Translations under genes and position numbers: made by a program
In this document: piece after piece, positions 1 to 9,192 of the stretch
Layout: every line of letters begins with the position of its first letter
How positions within the stretch are numbered: the stretch's first letter is position 1
Notes under the pieces: model-generated
Told to the model about the DNA's origin: nothing
The model's input: the letters and a program-made list of their open reading frames with translations, nothing else
Databases searched by the model: none
Source: Methanococcus maripaludis
Lineage (GTDB): Archaea > AGJL01 > Methanococci > Methanococcales > Methanococcaceae
Reading direction: 5' to 3'
DNA length: 32,000 nucleotides
Assembly (NCBI RefSeq): GCF_002945325.1
Contig: NZ_CP026606.1
Location: 1,410,001 to 1,442,000, forward strand

Positions 1-1041
1 CCAGAATATGAAGAAATAAATGGGGTAAATGTTTATCGGGTAAAGCCAATTTCCCACAATAATTTTTTAACTTGGGCAATGTTTATGGCAAGTTCCTTTG
101 AAAAAAAGATAGGGAGTTTAGGTGTTGAAAATTATGACGTAATACACTGCCACGACTGGATGACTTCGTTTGTCGGTTCAAATATAAAGCACACGACAAA
201 AAAGCCATATGTTCAATCAATTCACAGTACTGAGCGAGGACGTTGTGGCGGAATTAATTCTGAAGATTCAAGGGCAATAAACGATGCGGAATGGTGGGGA
301 AGCTATGAAGCAAATCAATTAATTGCAGTAAGTCATTCAATTAAAGATGAGATGTGTTTTGGATTTAATACGCCATGGGAAAAGGTAAACGTGATATATA
401 ATGGCGTAAATCCTTGGGAATTTGATATTAATGGCGATGATAATGAAAAATACAATTTCAGACGAAATCTGGGTGTAAATGATAATGAAAACATGATTCT
501 TTACGTTGGAAGGCTTGTTTATCAAAAAGGGGTTGAACATTTAATCAGGGGATTTCAAAAGTTTTTAATTGGACATCCTAATTCAAAACTAATAATTGCA
601 GGGGAGGGGCACATGCAGGGCCATTTGGAGCATTTAGCATGGGTTTTGGGATGTGGTGACAGAGTTATTTTTTTAGGATTTAAAAATGGAACTTTTCTAA
701 AAAAACTATACAAATATGCGGATGCATGTGTTATTCCTTCGGTTTATGAACCCTTTGGAATTGTTGCACTCGAATCAATGGCTGCAGGAACTCCTGTTGT
801 TGCAAGCGATGTTGGAGGCCTTAGTGAAATTATAAACCATGAATACAACGGGGTTAAAGTTTACCCGAGAGACGCAGATTCTATTGCATGGGGTCTTGAT
901 AGGGTAATTTCTGACTGGGGATTTAGAGAATGGGTAGTTAAAAATGCAAAGCACGATGCATATACGAAATACAGCTGGGATGCAATCGCAAATCAAACGA
1001 TTCAGGTATATAAACGTGCAATCGAAATGATGAAGCAATAA
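1..1041 (+). CDS. Glycosyltransferase, GT-B fold group 1 (glycogen/starch synthase-like); 5' end truncated by the window edge
   Basis: The frame of ORF 79..1041 stays open back to base 1 (PEYEEINGVNVYRVKPISHNNFLTWA...). The C-terminal half carries the GT1 signature EPFGIVALESMAAGTPVVASDVGGLSEII. It sits directly upstream of GH15 and GH57 genes. Confidence 0.8.
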   Translation, partial: PEYEEINGVNVYRVKPISHNNFLTWAMFMASSFEKKIGSLGVENYDVIHCHDWMTSFVGSNIKHTTKKPYVQSIHSTERGRCGGINSEDSRAINDAEWWGSYEANQLIAVSHSIKDEMCFGFNTPWEKVNVIYNGVNPWEFDINGDDNEKYNFRRNLGVNDNENMILYVGRLVYQKGVEHLIRGFQKFLIGHPNSKLIIAGEGHMQGHLEHLAWVLGCGDRVIFLGFKNGTFLKKLYKYADACVIPSVYEPFGIVALESMAAGTPVVASDVGGLSEIINHEYNGVKVYPRDADSIAWGLDRVISDWGFREWVVKNAKHDAYTKYSWDAIANQTIQVYKRAIEMMKQ

Positions 1042-1145
1042 ATTATTATAAAACTTGGAATTAATATATTTAATAAGACTTAATTTTGATTTTTACATTT
1101 TTTATATTATTTAAATAATTTTTCAATAGATTCAGGGTGGGGCTG

Positions 1146-3011
1146 ATGGTTGGAATTATTGGAAATGGAAATATCCTTGCAAAAATAGATGATTCAGGGT
1201 CTATTGAGTACATGTTTTACCCGAGCCTCGGCTATGAAAAACACATTTTTGACGCTTCTTTTGCAATTTACAATCACGGCCTTAGGTGGGCGTGGGACAA
1301 TGGTTGGGAAATTAATCAAAGTTACGTGAAAGATACGAATATTTTGCGTACCACTTACGAATGCAATGAATTTTTGATGGAATCAAGAGATTATATTCCA
1401 ATTTCTCACAATATAATAATAAAACAGATTTCAATATCTAATAAAACCGATGAAACTCAGGATTTGAAATTATTTTTTTATGAAAATTTACGAATGGGTG
1501 AAATTCCAAGGGAAAATACCGTCCAGTTCATGAAAGACCCCAGAATGATTATGAAATACGATGGAATGTACTCGATGTGTATTGGAAGCGATAAAAAAAT
1601 CGATTCATACCAATGCGGGGTTAGGTCTTCTGATAAAAGTGCATTGATTGACATTTCAAATGGAATTTTAAAAGAATATTCTACTTCTTCAGGCCTTATA
1701 ACTGATAGTGCTATTTCATGGGATTTAAAACTACTTCCTGGTCAAAAACAGTCAGTTTCTGTTTATATCATCATGAACGAGTACAAAGGAGACCAGTATA
1801 AATTGATGGAAACAATGGATTCTATTAAAGTTGTTATTGATAATCACGAAGACTTCTACCAACTTACAAACTCATACTGGAAAAATTTGCTCGAAACAAC
1901 GATAAGTAAATTAAGTGCAAATGAATTAAACCGGGTTTCAATGTGCGAAGATTTGTGTAAACGGTCTCTTTTAACACTGCTTCTTTTATGTGATCGGGGC
2001 GGGGGAATAATGGCGTCCCCATCTCTTTATCCTGATTACCGACATGTATGGTGCAGGGATGGCGGATATATTGCAGTTGCACTTTCGCTCTGCGGACAGT
2101 CCAGCATTGTTGAAAAATATTTTGAATGGTGCAGAAAAACCCAGAATGAAGATGGTTCTTGGGTTCAGAGTTATTATATCAATGGAATTCCTCGTTTAAC
2201 TGCAATGCAGATAGATCAGGTTGGAACTACGATTTGGGCAGCGTTAATTCATTATCGAAAGAGTGATAATGAAAAATTTTTACGAAAAAATTGGGCAATG
2301 TTAAAAAAAGCAGCAGATTATCTATCAAATGCAGCAATTGCGCTTTCTCCAAGTTACGATTTATGGGAAGAAAAATACGGAGTTTTCACATACACTTTGG
2401 GTTCAATGTATGGAGGACTTAAATCTGCAGTAAAAATTGCGAAAATTTTGGAAGAAAATGAGGGATTGGTTGAAAAATGGCAAAATTCGCTGAAATTTTT
2501 AAAAGAAGAAGTCGTTGAAAAAATATATTTGAATGATAAAAATAGATTTTCAAAAGCACTGCATCCAAAAGACGAAACAACTGATTCAAGTATACTTGGA
2601 ATAACGGTTCCATTCAACTTGGTAAATGCAGATGATCCAAGAATGGTTGCAACAGCAGACCAGATCGAATCTGCATTTGATTATAAAGTTGGAGGAATTG
2701 GCAGATATCCAAAAGACGTCTATTTTGGCGGAAATCCTTGGATTATAAATACGCTATGGCTTTACATGTATTACGAACTGCTTATATATGATCTTTCAAA
2801 AAATAAGTCAATTAAAAAGGAAATTTTGAATAATTATCGTGAAAAAAGTTCAACTCTGTTTGACTGGGTATGTAAATATAATTTTAGCGGGTTAATGCCT
2901 GAACAGATACACAAAGACCTCGGGGTTCCAATTTCCGCAATGCCTCTTGGATGGTCACATGCAATGTTTATAATTGCGGTTCACGGGGATTTTGAGATAT
3001 TAATTCCCTAA
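1146..3011 (+). CDS. Glycoside hydrolase family 15 (glucoamylase / glucodextranase-like)
   Basis: 624-aa ORF. The N-terminus MVGIIGNGNILAKIDDSGSIEYMFYP is typical of archaeal GH15 proteins, and the (alpha/alpha)6-barrel region contains WCRDGGYIA, DLWEE and GGIGRYPKDVYFGGNPW. I prefer ATG 1146 over the track's GTG 1137 because GGGTGGGG (1134-1141) lies a few nt upstream. Confidence 0.85.
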   Translation: MVGIIGNGNILAKIDDSGSIEYMFYPSLGYEKHIFDASFAIYNHGLRWAWDNGWEINQSYVKDTNILRTTYECNEFLMESRDYIPISHNIIIKQISISNKTDETQDLKLFFYENLRMGEIPRENTVQFMKDPRMIMKYDGMYSMCIGSDKKIDSYQCGVRSSDKSALIDISNGILKEYSTSSGLITDSAISWDLKLLPGQKQSVSVYIIMNEYKGDQYKLMETMDSIKVVIDNHEDFYQLTNSYWKNLLETTISKLSANELNRVSMCEDLCKRSLLTLLLLCDRGGGIMASPSLYPDYRHVWCRDGGYIAVALSLCGQSSIVEKYFEWCRKTQNEDGSWVQSYYINGIPRLTAMQIDQVGTTIWAALIHYRKSDNEKFLRKNWAMLKKAADYLSNAAIALSPSYDLWEEKYGVFTYTLGSMYGGLKSAVKIAKILEENEGLVEKWQNSLKFLKEEVVEKIYLNDKNRFSKALHPKDETTDSSILGITVPFNLVNADDPRMVATADQIESAFDYKVGGIGRYPKDVYFGGNPWIINTLWLYMYYELLIYDLSKNKSIKKEILNNYREKSSTLFDWVCKYNFSGLMPEQIHKDLGVPISAMPLGWSHAMFIIAVHGDFEILIP

Positions 3012-3078
3012 ATTAAGACATATTATATACTATTAATAACACTATTTTCATGTAGTTTTAAATCTGTGGGGGATAATT

Positions 3079-4302
3079 GTGTTGCTGTCTCTTAATTTCG
3101 AGGTCCATCAACCAAACAGGCTCAGAAAATCTGTAAATTTAAACAGTGGGGATTTATGGAACCGCTATGTTGACGTAGAATTAAACAAAGAAATTTTTAA
3201 CAAGGTAGCAGATAAGTGCTACATTCCTTCAAATATGATAATGCTCGAATTAATTGATAATTATGATATTGAGCTATCTTATAGTATTACAGGCGTTTTT
3301 TTAGAACAGGCTCTCGAATTTAATGAAGAAGTCGTTGAATTATTTAGGGATTTAGCAAAAACCGGAAATGTGGAATTTTTAGGTGAGACTTACCACCATT
3401 CATTATCTAGTCTTTTTGAAGATCACGAAGAGTTTAAAGAAGATATCCTCGATCATAAAAAATTAATAAAAGAGCTTTTCGGGTACAAAACAACGACATT
3501 TAGAAATACCGAACTGATTTTTAACAATAAAATTGCAGAAACAATCAAAGAAATGGGTTTTAGAGGAATATTTACCGAAGGGGCTAACCGTATTTTAGAT
3601 TGGAGGTCTCCAAATTACGTTTACAGTGCATTATCTGGATTAAACGTACTTTTTAGAAATTACAACTTAAGCGATGATATAGGATTTAGATTTTCTTCAA
3701 GGGATTGGAAAGAATACCCTTTAATGGCTGACAAATATGCAAGTTGGCTTTCAAATACTCCTGGGGACTGTATAAATTTATACATGGATTATGAAACTTT
3801 TGGAGAACACCAGTGGGCCGATACCGGAATTTTTGAATTTTTAAGGTATCTTCCAAAAGAGTTGGAAAATTATAACCATATCGAATATTCAACCCCTTCT
3901 GAAATACTTGAATTGTGTACGCCAAAAGATACCGTTGATGTTTTTGAATTTTCAACCCTTTCGTGGGCTGATTCAGAAAGAGATCTGAGTGCATGGCTTG
4001 GAAACCGGATGCAGCAGTTATCCTTTCAAAGATTAAAAGAAATAAGGAAATACCTTGGTAATTATTTAAAACGATATGATGAGAAAGAGCGAAAAGAGTT
4101 AATAGAATATAAAATCTATAAGAATATGCAGACTAGTGATAATTTTTACTACATGTGCACGAAAGGTTTTAATGATATGGATGTTCATTCTTATTTCAGC
4201 CATTTTTCAACGCCTTATGACGCTTATTCAGCGTATCTTGATGCATATTATGATTTTAAGAATCATCTAGTTTTAAAACTAATTTCAACATATTTCAAGT
4301 AG
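3079..4302 (+). CDS. Glycoside hydrolase family 57 (alpha-amylase / alpha-glucan-active enzyme)
   Basis: The N-terminus LSLNFEVHQPNRL matches the GH57 xxFExHQPxR opening. Also present are TYHHSL, MDYETFGEH (catalytic-region-like) and WADSERDLSAWLGN. GTG start with a GGGGGA Shine-Dalgarno just upstream. Confidence 0.8.
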   Translation: MLLSLNFEVHQPNRLRKSVNLNSGDLWNRYVDVELNKEIFNKVADKCYIPSNMIMLELIDNYDIELSYSITGVFLEQALEFNEEVVELFRDLAKTGNVEFLGETYHHSLSSLFEDHEEFKEDILDHKKLIKELFGYKTTTFRNTELIFNNKIAETIKEMGFRGIFTEGANRILDWRSPNYVYSALSGLNVLFRNYNLSDDIGFRFSSRDWKEYPLMADKYASWLSNTPGDCINLYMDYETFGEHQWADTGIFEFLRYLPKELENYNHIEYSTPSEILELCTPKDTVDVFEFSTLSWADSERDLSAWLGNRMQQLSFQRLKEIRKYLGNYLKRYDEKERKELIEYKIYKNMQTSDNFYYMCTKGFNDMDVHSYFSHFSTPYDAYSAYLDAYYDFKNHLVLKLISTYFK

Positions 4303-4318
4303 TTAAAAGTGGTTATAA

Positions 4319-5011
4319 ATGTACGAAAACACGAACAGTGAAGAAAATAATAACAACATTCAAAGTCAGAATATGGATATTCAGAAATTTAAAAAATATA
4401 TTCGAACCGAAAAGAAAGCAGATGAGCGACCGAAAGTAATTGTAATGGGCCGTTCAAACGTCGGAAAATCTACTTTCGTAAAACTTGTAACTGGAAAGAA
4501 TGTACGGGTTGGAAAAAAGCCCGGAGTTACACTAAAAATTACTGAATATGATATGGGAACTTATATCTTGGTAGATTTGCCAGGTTTTGGGTTCATGGAA
4601 GGAATAGAAAAAAAAGCACAGGAAAAAATTAAAGACGAGATCATTCACTATGTAGAAGACAATAAAGATGCAATTGCAGCATCGATTCACATTTTGGATG
4701 CTAAATCTTTCATTGACATAGTTGAGAGATGGGGCAACAAAGGAGAGGTTCCAATTGATCTTGAAATGGCTGATTTTTTAGAAGAACTTGAATTAAACCC
4801 TATATTTGTAGTAAACAAAATGGATAAAATAAAAAATTCTGAATGGGATAACCACCTTGACAAGGTTTCAGAAACACTTGGATTTTTACCCCCTTGGAGA
4901 CAGTGGCTTGATAATTTTGTTCCAGCAATAATGAGGGACAATTATGGAATTGATGGAATAAAACACAGAATAAACAAAAGAATAAATAGCTTTAAAAAAT
5001 CAAAGAAGTAA
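4319..5011 (+). CDS. engB: Ribosome-biogenesis GTP-binding protein EngB/YsxC family
   Basis: G1 [10 protein letters not shown]3 DLPGFG and G4 NKMDK motifs in the correct order. There is a short Asn-rich N-terminal extension. Confidence 0.85.
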   Translation: MYENTNSEENNNNIQSQNMDIQKFKKYIRTEKKADERPKVIVMGRSNVGKSTFVKLVTGKNVRVGKKPGVTLKITEYDMGTYILVDLPGFGFMEGIEKKAQEKIKDEIIHYVEDNKDAIAASIHILDAKSFIDIVERWGNKGEVPIDLEMADFLEELELNPIFVVNKMDKIKNSEWDNHLDKVSETLGFLPPWRQWLDNFVPAIMRDNYGIDGIKHRINKRINSFKKSKK

Positions 5012-5048
5012 CGACCTTTTTTGAATTTTCAACCCATTCTGCCTTAAG

Positions 5049-5061
5049 AAATGTTTATATA
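5049..5061 (+). promoter_or_regulatory. Candidate archaeal box A/TATA promoter for the L10e gene
   Basis: AAATGTTTATATA exactly matches the Methanococcus box A consensus AAANNTTTATATA. It lies about 75 nt upstream of ATG 5137. A GGAGGA Shine-Dalgarno is at 5125-5130. Confidence 0.45.
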
Positions 5062-5136
5062 TCATTAGATAGATGTATATTGTAGCACGCTTATGAATGG
5101 CTTTTTTATAAACACGAAGCATATGGAGGAACAATT

Positions 5137-5658
5137 ATGGCACTAAGACCAGCAAGATGTTACAGAACTATAGAAAGAAGATCGTACACAAGAAAAGAGT
5201 ACGTAAGAGCAGTACCTCAACCAAAAGTTGTTCACTACGTTATGGGCAACCCAAGCGCTGAATTCCCGGTACAAGTACAGCTTGTATCAAAATCAGATAT
5301 TTTAATAAGACACAACGCTTTGGAATCCTCAAGGATTGCAGGTAACAAATACATATTAAGTGAATGTGGTAGAACTGGGTACTTATTCAATATCAGAGTT
5401 TACCCTCACGAAATATTAAGAGAAAACAAAATGGCTGCAGGAGCAGGTGCGGACAGGATTTCCGATGGAATGAGATTATCATTCGGTAAAGCTGTTGGAA
5501 CAGCTGCAAAAGTTAAAAAAGGACAGGAAATCATCACAATTGGTGTAAACCCTGAAAAATTCTACGCAGCAAAAGAAGCATTAAGAAGATGCTCAATGAA
5601 ATTACCTACAGCATGCAAAATTGTTGTGACAAAAGGAAAAGAATTAATTAAAGATTAA
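5137..5658 (+). CDS. rpl10e: 50S ribosomal protein L10e (uL16)
   Basis: MALRPARCYRTIERRSYTRKEYVRAVPQPKV... is the highly conserved archaeal/eukaryotic L10e N-terminus. 173 aa, with a strong Shine-Dalgarno. Confidence 0.95.
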   Translation: MALRPARCYRTIERRSYTRKEYVRAVPQPKVVHYVMGNPSAEFPVQVQLVSKSDILIRHNALESSRIAGNKYILSECGRTGYLFNIRVYPHEILRENKMAAGAGADRISDGMRLSFGKAVGTAAKVKKGQEIITIGVNPEKFYAAKEALRRCSMKLPTACKIVVTKGKELIKD

Positions 5659-5672
5659 TTGGTTATTTCCTA

Positions 5673-5680
5673 TTTTTTTT
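5673..5680 (+). terminator. Oligo-T tract (T8) downstream of rpl10e; candidate intrinsic archaeal terminator
   Basis: A run of 8 T starts 15 nt after the stop codon. Archaeal RNA polymerase terminates at oligo-T tracts. Confidence 0.4.
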
Positions 5681-5720
5681 CAAAATAAAAATTTTTAAAA
5701 AAGTATAAGTTTTTTTAAGG

Positions 5721-6998
5721 TTATTCATCATCTTTTGGAACTTCTGCTCTAATAAATTCCTCTTTTCCTTTTAACAAACTCATTGTAGCATCAATTCCCA
5801 TTTTTGCAGTTAATTTATTTTTATGGTCCGCTGATGGATCTAAGGATGATCCTTTAGCTCCGGGGATGATTATAATATCTTTATCGCTTTGAACTCTTGT
5901 AGCAACCGCGTATTCCACATCGTTTGCATCGTAAATGTTAATATCATCATCTACAACAGTTACGTGTTTTAAACTTGGATGTGCTGCAAGTGCTGCAAGG
6001 ATTGCGTTTTTACCATCGCCTTCAGTTTTTTTATCGATTGAAACAACGGCATTTAACCAACAGCATCCTCCTTGTGTTAAGGCAACATTTTTAAGTGATG
6101 GAACTGTGTTTCTGATTCCTTTGTACATTCTTGGTTCTTGAGGTATGCCCATCAAGAGTTTGTGTTCACTTCCTCCAGGAAGTAGTGCATGAAATATTGC
6201 ATCTTCTTTTCTTCTAAGTGCTGTTACTTTAATCAATGGCTGTTTTCTTATAACGTCGTATGTTCCAGTAATGTCAACAAATGGTCCTTCATCAACCATT
6301 TCTGCCGTTATTTTTGCTTCAATTATAAATTCTGCTTCTGGAACTTCCAAATCAACGGTTTTACATTTTACTAAATTTAATGGTTTATTCATCAATGCAG
6401 AAGCGTATTTTAATTCATTAAATGAAACATCTCCTGAAGTTGAAGCTGCAAGTAAAACTGCAGGGTGAACTCCAATAACAATTGCACAATCTACTTCGCC
6501 ATTACCGATATTTTTGTTGTAGATGTAGTGGAGGTGTCTTTGTTCGACCATTCGAATTGCTAAATTACCATCAGGCCTGACTAAAATCCTGTGAATTGAT
6601 GCATTTACTCCTTCGTCTTTATCTTTTACAATAACTACACCTGATGTAAGGTATGGACCCGCATCTTTTCCGTAGTATGTTGGAATTGGGTATTCATGAA
6701 TTTTTTCCAAATCATCATCAATATAAAGTTTTTCTAAACTTTCATCAACGATTAATTCCCCATTTTTTTCATTGTTCATGGATTCAACCATGTGTTTCAT
6801 TAAATCTTCTTTTTCAATGCCAAGACTCTCTGCAATAACTTCTCTTGTACACAAGTTTCCAATAACTGGGTATCCATTTACATCTTTAATAAAAACTGGT
6901 TTATCGTCATTTTCTTTTAAAATTCTTGAAACTCCAAATTTTTTGGTAGATTTTTCAAAAACAAGTTTTTCAATAGAATTTACGAGGTTTTTTACCAT
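5721..6998 (-). CDS. UbiD-family (prenylated-FMN dependent) decarboxylase; candidate anhydromevalonate-phosphate decarboxylase
   Basis: The 425-aa ORF resembles UbiD along its whole length (PVIGNLCTRE..., GPYLTSGVVIVKD, RILV...LAIRMV..RHL, GGSEHKLLMGIPQEPR, IIIPGAKGSSLDPS). It is shorter than bacterial UbiD, as the archaeal mevalonate-pathway homologues are. Confidence 0.85.
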   Translation of the reverse strand: MVKNLVNSIEKLVFEKSTKKFGVSRILKENDDKPVFIKDVNGYPVIGNLCTREVIAESLGIEKEDLMKHMVESMNNEKNGELIVDESLEKLYIDDDLEKIHEYPIPTYYGKDAGPYLTSGVVIVKDKDEGVNASIHRILVRPDGNLAIRMVEQRHLHYIYNKNIGNGEVDCAIVIGVHPAVLLAASTSGDVSFNELKYASALMNKPLNLVKCKTVDLEVPEAEFIIEAKITAEMVDEGPFVDITGTYDVIRKQPLIKVTALRRKEDAIFHALLPGGSEHKLLMGIPQEPRMYKGIRNTVPSLKNVALTQGGCCWLNAVVSIDKKTEGDGKNAILAALAAHPSLKHVTVVDDDINIYDANDVEYAVATRVQSDKDIIIIPGAKGSSLDPSADHKNKLTAKMGIDATMSLLKGKEEFIRAEVPKDDE

Positions 6999-7037
6999 AT
7001 GACCACCTGAAAAGTAAATTAAACAAAAATAAAAAGA

Positions 7038-7331
7038 TTATCGTTTTTTTCTAGCAATTTCTTTACTTAATTTTTCGCCAGTATCATTCAACCTGCTTGC
7101 AACACTTCTTGGAACGTTGCCCTTTTCAGACAGTATTTTTCCAATTGTTCCAGATAATAAAAAAATAGCAAAGGTATGTTCTGATTTGGTTCTGTGAATG
7201 TGGTGAGGCCTTATATTTAAATCATCATATTCTTTAAACGATTCTTCAAGTTCGATTCCAAATTTTCTTGCCAAATCTTTTCTCATATAAACCAAAAGCT
7301 GGTGTAATTGGATGAGTTCATCCTTATGCAT
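7038..7331 (-). CDS. Small conserved archaeal protein, UPF0058-like
   Basis: 97-aa ORF opening MHKDELIQLHQLLVYMRKDL, with an HHIHRTKSEH histidine cluster. I recognise the pattern from memory as UPF0058, and this is unverified. It is spaced 33 nt and 39 nt from the flanking same-strand genes. Confidence 0.5.
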   Translation of the reverse strand: MHKDELIQLHQLLVYMRKDLARKFGIELEESFKEYDDLNIRPHHIHRTKSEHTFAIFLLSGTIGKILSEKGNVPRSVASRLNDTGEKLSKEIARKKR

Positions 7332-7364
7332 TTAATCACCTTTAAATTTAAAAGAAATTGTTAT

Positions 7365-8675
7365 TTAAGCTACAATTTCGTCAAATGAAAATAATCGAAG
7401 GTTTACGGGTTTTTTAGTAACATTTATTTCTTTTCCAACAATTATCGGGGTTTTATCATAAAGTAAATCCACAATTTTTTGACTTATCGGCATATCTGCT
7501 GCAAAGAAGTCCATTTTTTTGATTTCATGGATATTTGTTAGAAATTCTTTGAATGTATTCGTTTTTTCGGTTCCATCAACAACAAACTTGACGTTGCCTG
7601 TATTTTTAATGCTATCCACTATTTCTTTAACTCCGCTGAACTTTTTTTCAGATTGAGTTTCGTTTGTAGCATCAACATCTATAATTTCAGTTTCGGCTTT
7701 TTTTACAGACTCTACTATAATTGTTTCTTCTTCAATTGCGTCTTCTTTAAAAACCGGTTCAATAACTGCCGGTGTTTCTACTTTTTCAAAGTGTTTTGGG
7801 GTTATTGGTTCAACAATTTCTTTTGGAGTATTTAATTCAATAACTCCAGAACTATTGCAGTTGTTTCCAACGATCTGTTCAACAGGAACTTTTGCCCTCA
7901 AACATTTTATCAGTTCTTTTTTAGACGTTCCTTCAACTTCTTTTCCGTACGGTGCTCTTGCAACGTAGTCGATGTCGCAAGTTTGAAGAAGTTCTTTTAA
8001 AATTAACTCCCCTCCTCTATCTCCATCGGTAAAAGCGGTTGTGGTCTTTTTCTTTGTTAGTTCCATGATTGATTTTGGAACAGACGTTCCTTCAACAGCT
8101 ACTGTATTTTTAATTCCACATCTTAAAAGGTTTAAAACGTCGGCTCTTCCTTCAACAACAATAATAGAATCGGAATGTATTATATTGGGACCACAAGGAA
8201 GGTTTTCTGGCCCATATTCCATAATTTCTTCAGTTCTTAAAGATTCTTTGATTTCTTCCGTTATTTCATAGGTGTCAATCATTTCGTCCATTAATTTTCT
8301 TAAAATAGATCTTGCACGGTTTGTGATGTACTGTCTTTTTGATACTCTGATGTCTTCAACTTCAGTTATCTTAACCGTGGCAAAACAGGGACCAACTCTG
8401 TCAATCGTTTCAAGAGTTGCTGCAAGTATCGATGTTTCAACCTTGTCAAGACTTGAGGGCAGTGTTATTTTAGCAAAAGATTTTCCATTGATATTTTCAA
8501 GTTCAACATCAATTCTTCCAATTCTCCCGCTTTTTTGCAAATCTCTCAAGTCAAGTTCGTTACTCAACAGTCCTTCAGTTTGTCCGAAAATTGCACCGAT
8601 AACGTCGTGTTTTTCAACGTAACCATCCGCAATGAGCTCGGTATAAATGATATATTTTGTAGTTCCTAAATCCAT
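7365..8675 (-). CDS. dnaG: Archaeal DnaG (Toprim-domain primase-like protein)
   Basis: The N-terminus [37 protein letters not shown] is the conserved archaeal DnaG N-terminal domain. The Toprim core carries [20 protein letters not shown] and [15 protein letters not shown]. An AAGGAGGA Shine-Dalgarno precedes the ATG. Confidence 0.9.
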   Translation of the reverse strand: MDLGTTKYIIYTELIADGYVEKHDVIGAIFGQTEGLLSNELDLRDLQKSGRIGRIDVELENINGKSFAKITLPSSLDKVETSILAATLETIDRVGPCFATVKITEVEDIRVSKRQYITNRARSILRKLMDEMIDTYEITEEIKESLRTEEIMEYGPENLPCGPNIIHSDSIIVVEGRADVLNLLRCGIKNTVAVEGTSVPKSIMELTKKKTTTAFTDGDRGGELILKELLQTCDIDYVARAPYGKEVEGTSKKELIKCLRAKVPVEQIVGNNCNSSGVIELNTPKEIVEPITPKHFEKVETPAVIEPVFKEDAIEEETIIVESVKKAETEIIDVDATNETQSEKKFSGVKEIVDSIKNTGNVKFVVDGTEKTNTFKEFLTNIHEIKKMDFFAADMPISQKIVDLLYDKTPIIVGKEINVTKKPVNLRLFSFDEIVA

Positions 8676-8840
8676 AAATGATCCTCCTTATGAAGTTTAA
8701 CCGACCAGTCTCAAAACCAAATTTTCTCGAAATCATTATTCTAATTTCATCTATCTACTTATAATATTTTTTGTATATATAATTAATATGAAAATTTTCT
8801 TTTATTTTGAAGAACAATCTTTTAGCACTCAACTCAACCA

Positions 8841-8878
8841 AAAAGTTTATATATGAGATACTACAATGTGTAGTATGC
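8841..8878 (+). promoter_or_regulatory. Stable-RNA promoter for the tRNA-Gly pair: box A plus box B
   Basis: AAAAGTTTATATA (8841-8853) exactly matches AAANNTTTATATA. An ATGC box B lies at 8875-8878, about 22 nt downstream of the TATA. This implies a leader of roughly 30 nt before the tRNA at 8909. Confidence 0.6.
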
Positions 8879-8908
8879 TCTGAGATGAGTGAGAATTGGA
8901 ATGAAATA

Positions 8909-8981
8909 GCGGCTTTGATGTAGACTGGTATCATACGGCCCTGCCACGGCCGACACCCGGGTTCAAATCCCGGAGGCCGCA
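8909..8981 (+). tRNA. tRNA-Gly (anticodon GCC)
   Basis: Hand-folded cloverleaf. Acceptor GCGGCTT/AGGCCGC, anticodon stem CGGCC/GGCCG with loop CTGCCAC, T arm CCGGG-TTCAAAT-CCCGG, discriminator A. No encoded CCA. 73 nt and locally GC-rich. Confidence 0.9.
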
Positions 8982-8999
8982 TCTCTACAGTTAGAACGT

Positions 9000-9072
9000 G
9001 CGCCAGTGGTGTAGCCTGGTATCACTTTGGCCTTCCAAGCCAGTAACTCGGGTTCAAATCCCGACTGGCGCA
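9000..9072 (+). tRNA. tRNA-Gly (anticodon UCC)
   Basis: Hand-folded cloverleaf. Acceptor GCGCCAG/CTGGCGC, anticodon stem TTGGC/GCCAG with loop CTTCCAA, T arm CTCGGG-TTCAAAT-CCCGA, discriminator A followed by CC. 73 nt, 18 nt after the first tRNA. Confidence 0.9.
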
Positions 9073-9074
9073 CC

Positions 9075-9084
9075 TTTTTATTTT
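9075..9084 (+). terminator. Oligo-T tract (TTTTTATTTT) directly after the second tRNA
   Basis: T5-A-T4 immediately follows the tRNA 3' end, as is typical for archaeal stable-RNA termination. Confidence 0.5.
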
Positions 9085-9192
9085 AGGCATATTAATTTGT
9101 TAATTTAGATTAATAAATGATATGGTCTTATATATTTCAAAACACACTATTTTCAAATACTTATCAACCATTTTACGGGGATATATTTGAAA

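Noticed and set aside
8870-8908. Possible C/D-box sRNA in the tRNA-Gly leader (CTGA and GATGAG-like strings)
   Set aside because: There is no proper C box (RUGAUGA) paired with a D box at the right spacing, and no terminal stem. A tRNA precursor leader explains the sequence better.
8755-8982. 75-aa minus-strand ORF in the track (MRPPGFEPGCRPWQG...)
   Set aside because: Its 5' part is simply the antisense of tRNA-Gly(GCC), whose GC-rich stems give Pro/Gly/Arg codons. The rest crosses the AT-rich promoter region. I do not consider it a gene.
9092-9106. Direct repeat TTAATTT-G-TTAATTT downstream of the tRNA pair
   Set aside because: It is a 7-nt AT-only repeat in an AT-rich spacer, which is expected by chance. 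It has no flanking features of an att site or a mobile-element end.
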